Shown here: one piece after another, positions 62,991-64,000 of the stretch
Layout of the letters: the number at the start of each line of letters is the position of its first letter
How positions within the stretch are numbered: position 1 is the first letter of the stretch
Source: an uncultured virus (IMG/VR IMGVR_UViG_3300027278_000424)
Taxonomy: Duplodnaviria > Heunggongvirae > Uroviricota > Caudoviricetes
Direction: 5' to 3' (one strand)
Length of the DNA: 64,000 nucleotides
IMG/VR virus record: IMGVR_UViG_3300027278_000424
Notes under the pieces: generated by a model
Databases searched by the model: none
What the model was told of the DNA's origin: nothing
What the model saw: the letters and a program-made list of their open reading frames with translations, nothing else
Translations under genes and position numbers: made by a program

Positions 62991-63284
62991 ATGAAAGCAG
63001 AAAAACATTATCAAGAGTGGTCTTTAGAAGAGTGTAGAGTTTATTTCAAAATGTATCTTGAATTAATTAAAAGGAGAGATGTTAAAGAAGTAAGAAAAGA
63101 GTTAGCCGAATTTTTTGGTAGGACTTATTCAGCTATAGGTTTCAAAGAGAGAGAAGTAGTAGGAGTGTTGACTGAAGGTCAACAAGGAATTTATACTTAC
63201 GGTGAGAATATGGTTACAGCTACTAACGAAGCATTAGAAGCTTCTGGTATGAGTGTTATACGTTTTAAAATGTTATTCGAATAA
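62991..63284 (+). CDS. Hypothetical protein (possible HTH)
   Basis: WS.EE...ELAEFFGRTYSAI. Confidence 0.6.
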   Translation: MKAEKHYQEWSLEECRVYFKMYLELIKRRDVKEVRKELAEFFGRTYSAIGFKEREVVGVLTEGQQGIYTYGENMVTATNEALEASGMSVIRFKMLFE

Positions 63285-63285
63285 T

Positions 63286-63684
63286 ATGGCATTATGGGAT
63301 GTAGATGGAGAGATAGTGTATACAGAAGGTAGCCTGTCTCTAACGCCTGAAAAGGCAAATGCTTTATTTGTTACTCGTCATCGATATAAAATACCTTATT
63401 CAAATGTCGGTATGGGCGGTTTTGTTAAGACTGATAGAGGAACTTTTCATACTCCTTCTTGGATACAAGTTCATCCTCAAACTTCTTTTGAAGATTTAGA
63501 AGTAGAAAAGAAACCTTTCGAAGAGTTGTTTGTTGAAGAAAAGAAATGGGAGTTTAAATCAGGCTCTTCAGATAAAGTATATACTGTTAAACATAATAAG
63601 AGAGGAGAACTTTCTTGCGACTGTATGGGGTATATTGGTCATAGAAAATGTAAACACATAACAGTAGTTAAAGAAAGCTTATGA
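63286..63684 (+). CDS. SWIM zinc-finger protein (likely start MALWD)
   Basis: YTV...CDCMG...CKHI. Confidence 0.75.
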   Translation: MALWDVDGEIVYTEGSLSLTPEKANALFVTRHRYKIPYSNVGMGGFVKTDRGTFHTPSWIQVHPQTSFEDLEVEKKPFEELFVEEKKWEFKSGSSDKVYTVKHNKRGELSCDCMGYIGHRKCKHITVVKESL

Positions 63685-63902
63685 GAATAATTATAGAGTA
63701 TTTTGTTTGGTATATACTACCGGGACTATTTTGGGCAGGATTTTTGGAGTGGTTTACAACTACCAAATTAGAAGGTATATTTGGACAGCCTTGGAAAATG
63801 CCGGAAAGATTAATGCATTCATTTTTATGGCCGCTATCATTCTTAAAGTTTGCAATCGAATTTCTAAAAGGTTTATTTGGATACTATGACGAAGAAGAAT
63901 AG
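63681..63902 (+). CDS. Small membrane protein
   Basis: Two hydrophobic segments, FLWP. Confidence 0.6.
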   Translation: MRIIIEYFVWYILPGLFWAGFLEWFTTTKLEGIFGQPWKMPERLMHSFLWPLSFLKFAIEFLKGLFGYYDEEE

Positions 63903-64000
63903 AAATATAGGTTTACTCATTCTATTTTTACTTTTAGCTTTAGTTGCTATAATAGTATTTACATATAGAGAAAAGACATTTAATATAGTTGAATTAGGTA

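Noticed and set aside
1..64000. Bacterial chromosome, given groEL, metK, thyA, folE and neuB
   Set aside because: Single-strand coding, many short unknown ORFs, phage-type PolA without 5'-3' exonuclease, unrelated functions side by side, and no ribosomal or typical bacterial operons.
1..64000. Stop-codon reassignment (TAG or TGA)
   Set aside because: Known proteins are full-length under the standard code and end at TAG (groES, hsp20) and TGA (carbamoyltransferase, neuB); no suppressor tRNA in the array.

Overview
This window reads as a segment of a large (jumbo-type) dsDNA phage genome, probably infecting a Bacteroidota/Flavobacteriia host. It is AT-rich and gene-dense, every credible gene is on the + strand, and it mixes many short hypothetical ORFs with host-like metabolic genes. 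Host clues are about 21 copies of a Bacteroidota-type TTG-N19/20-TATMTTWA promoter, a DUF4494-like gene and an Hc1-like gene. Modules in order: nrdA 3' end and glycosyltransferases; thioredoxin; a 7-deazaguanine DNA-modification region (queC, queD, queE, folE, queF, TGT/DpdA-like protein, PurN-like formyltransferase, plus PRTase, MazG-like and kinase genes) containing 7 tRNAs, a radical SAM gene and a carbamoyltransferase; family A DNA polymerase; chaperones (J-domain, Hsp20, GroES, GroEL); apt/MTA-SAH nucleosidase/metK; a probable lysis region; a Cas4-like nuclease; an ~10 kb glycosylation island with neuB/neuA; iscA, HNH and GH73 genes; an FG-GAP lipoprotein; an operon led by a protein with an ATP-grasp-like N-terminus and three tandem Hint domains, followed by three 2OG-Fe(II) oxygenases and GT-like proteins; thyA; and an FNR fused to a CDGSH-like motif. 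Strongest novel candidates: the triple-Hint operon and the C-terminal tag its enzymes share, a preQ1-I-like riboswitch ahead of queD/queE, a pseudoknot ahead of queC, and a 17-bp duplex bracketing hsp20. All calls come from reading motifs by eye; no searches or folding programs were run.
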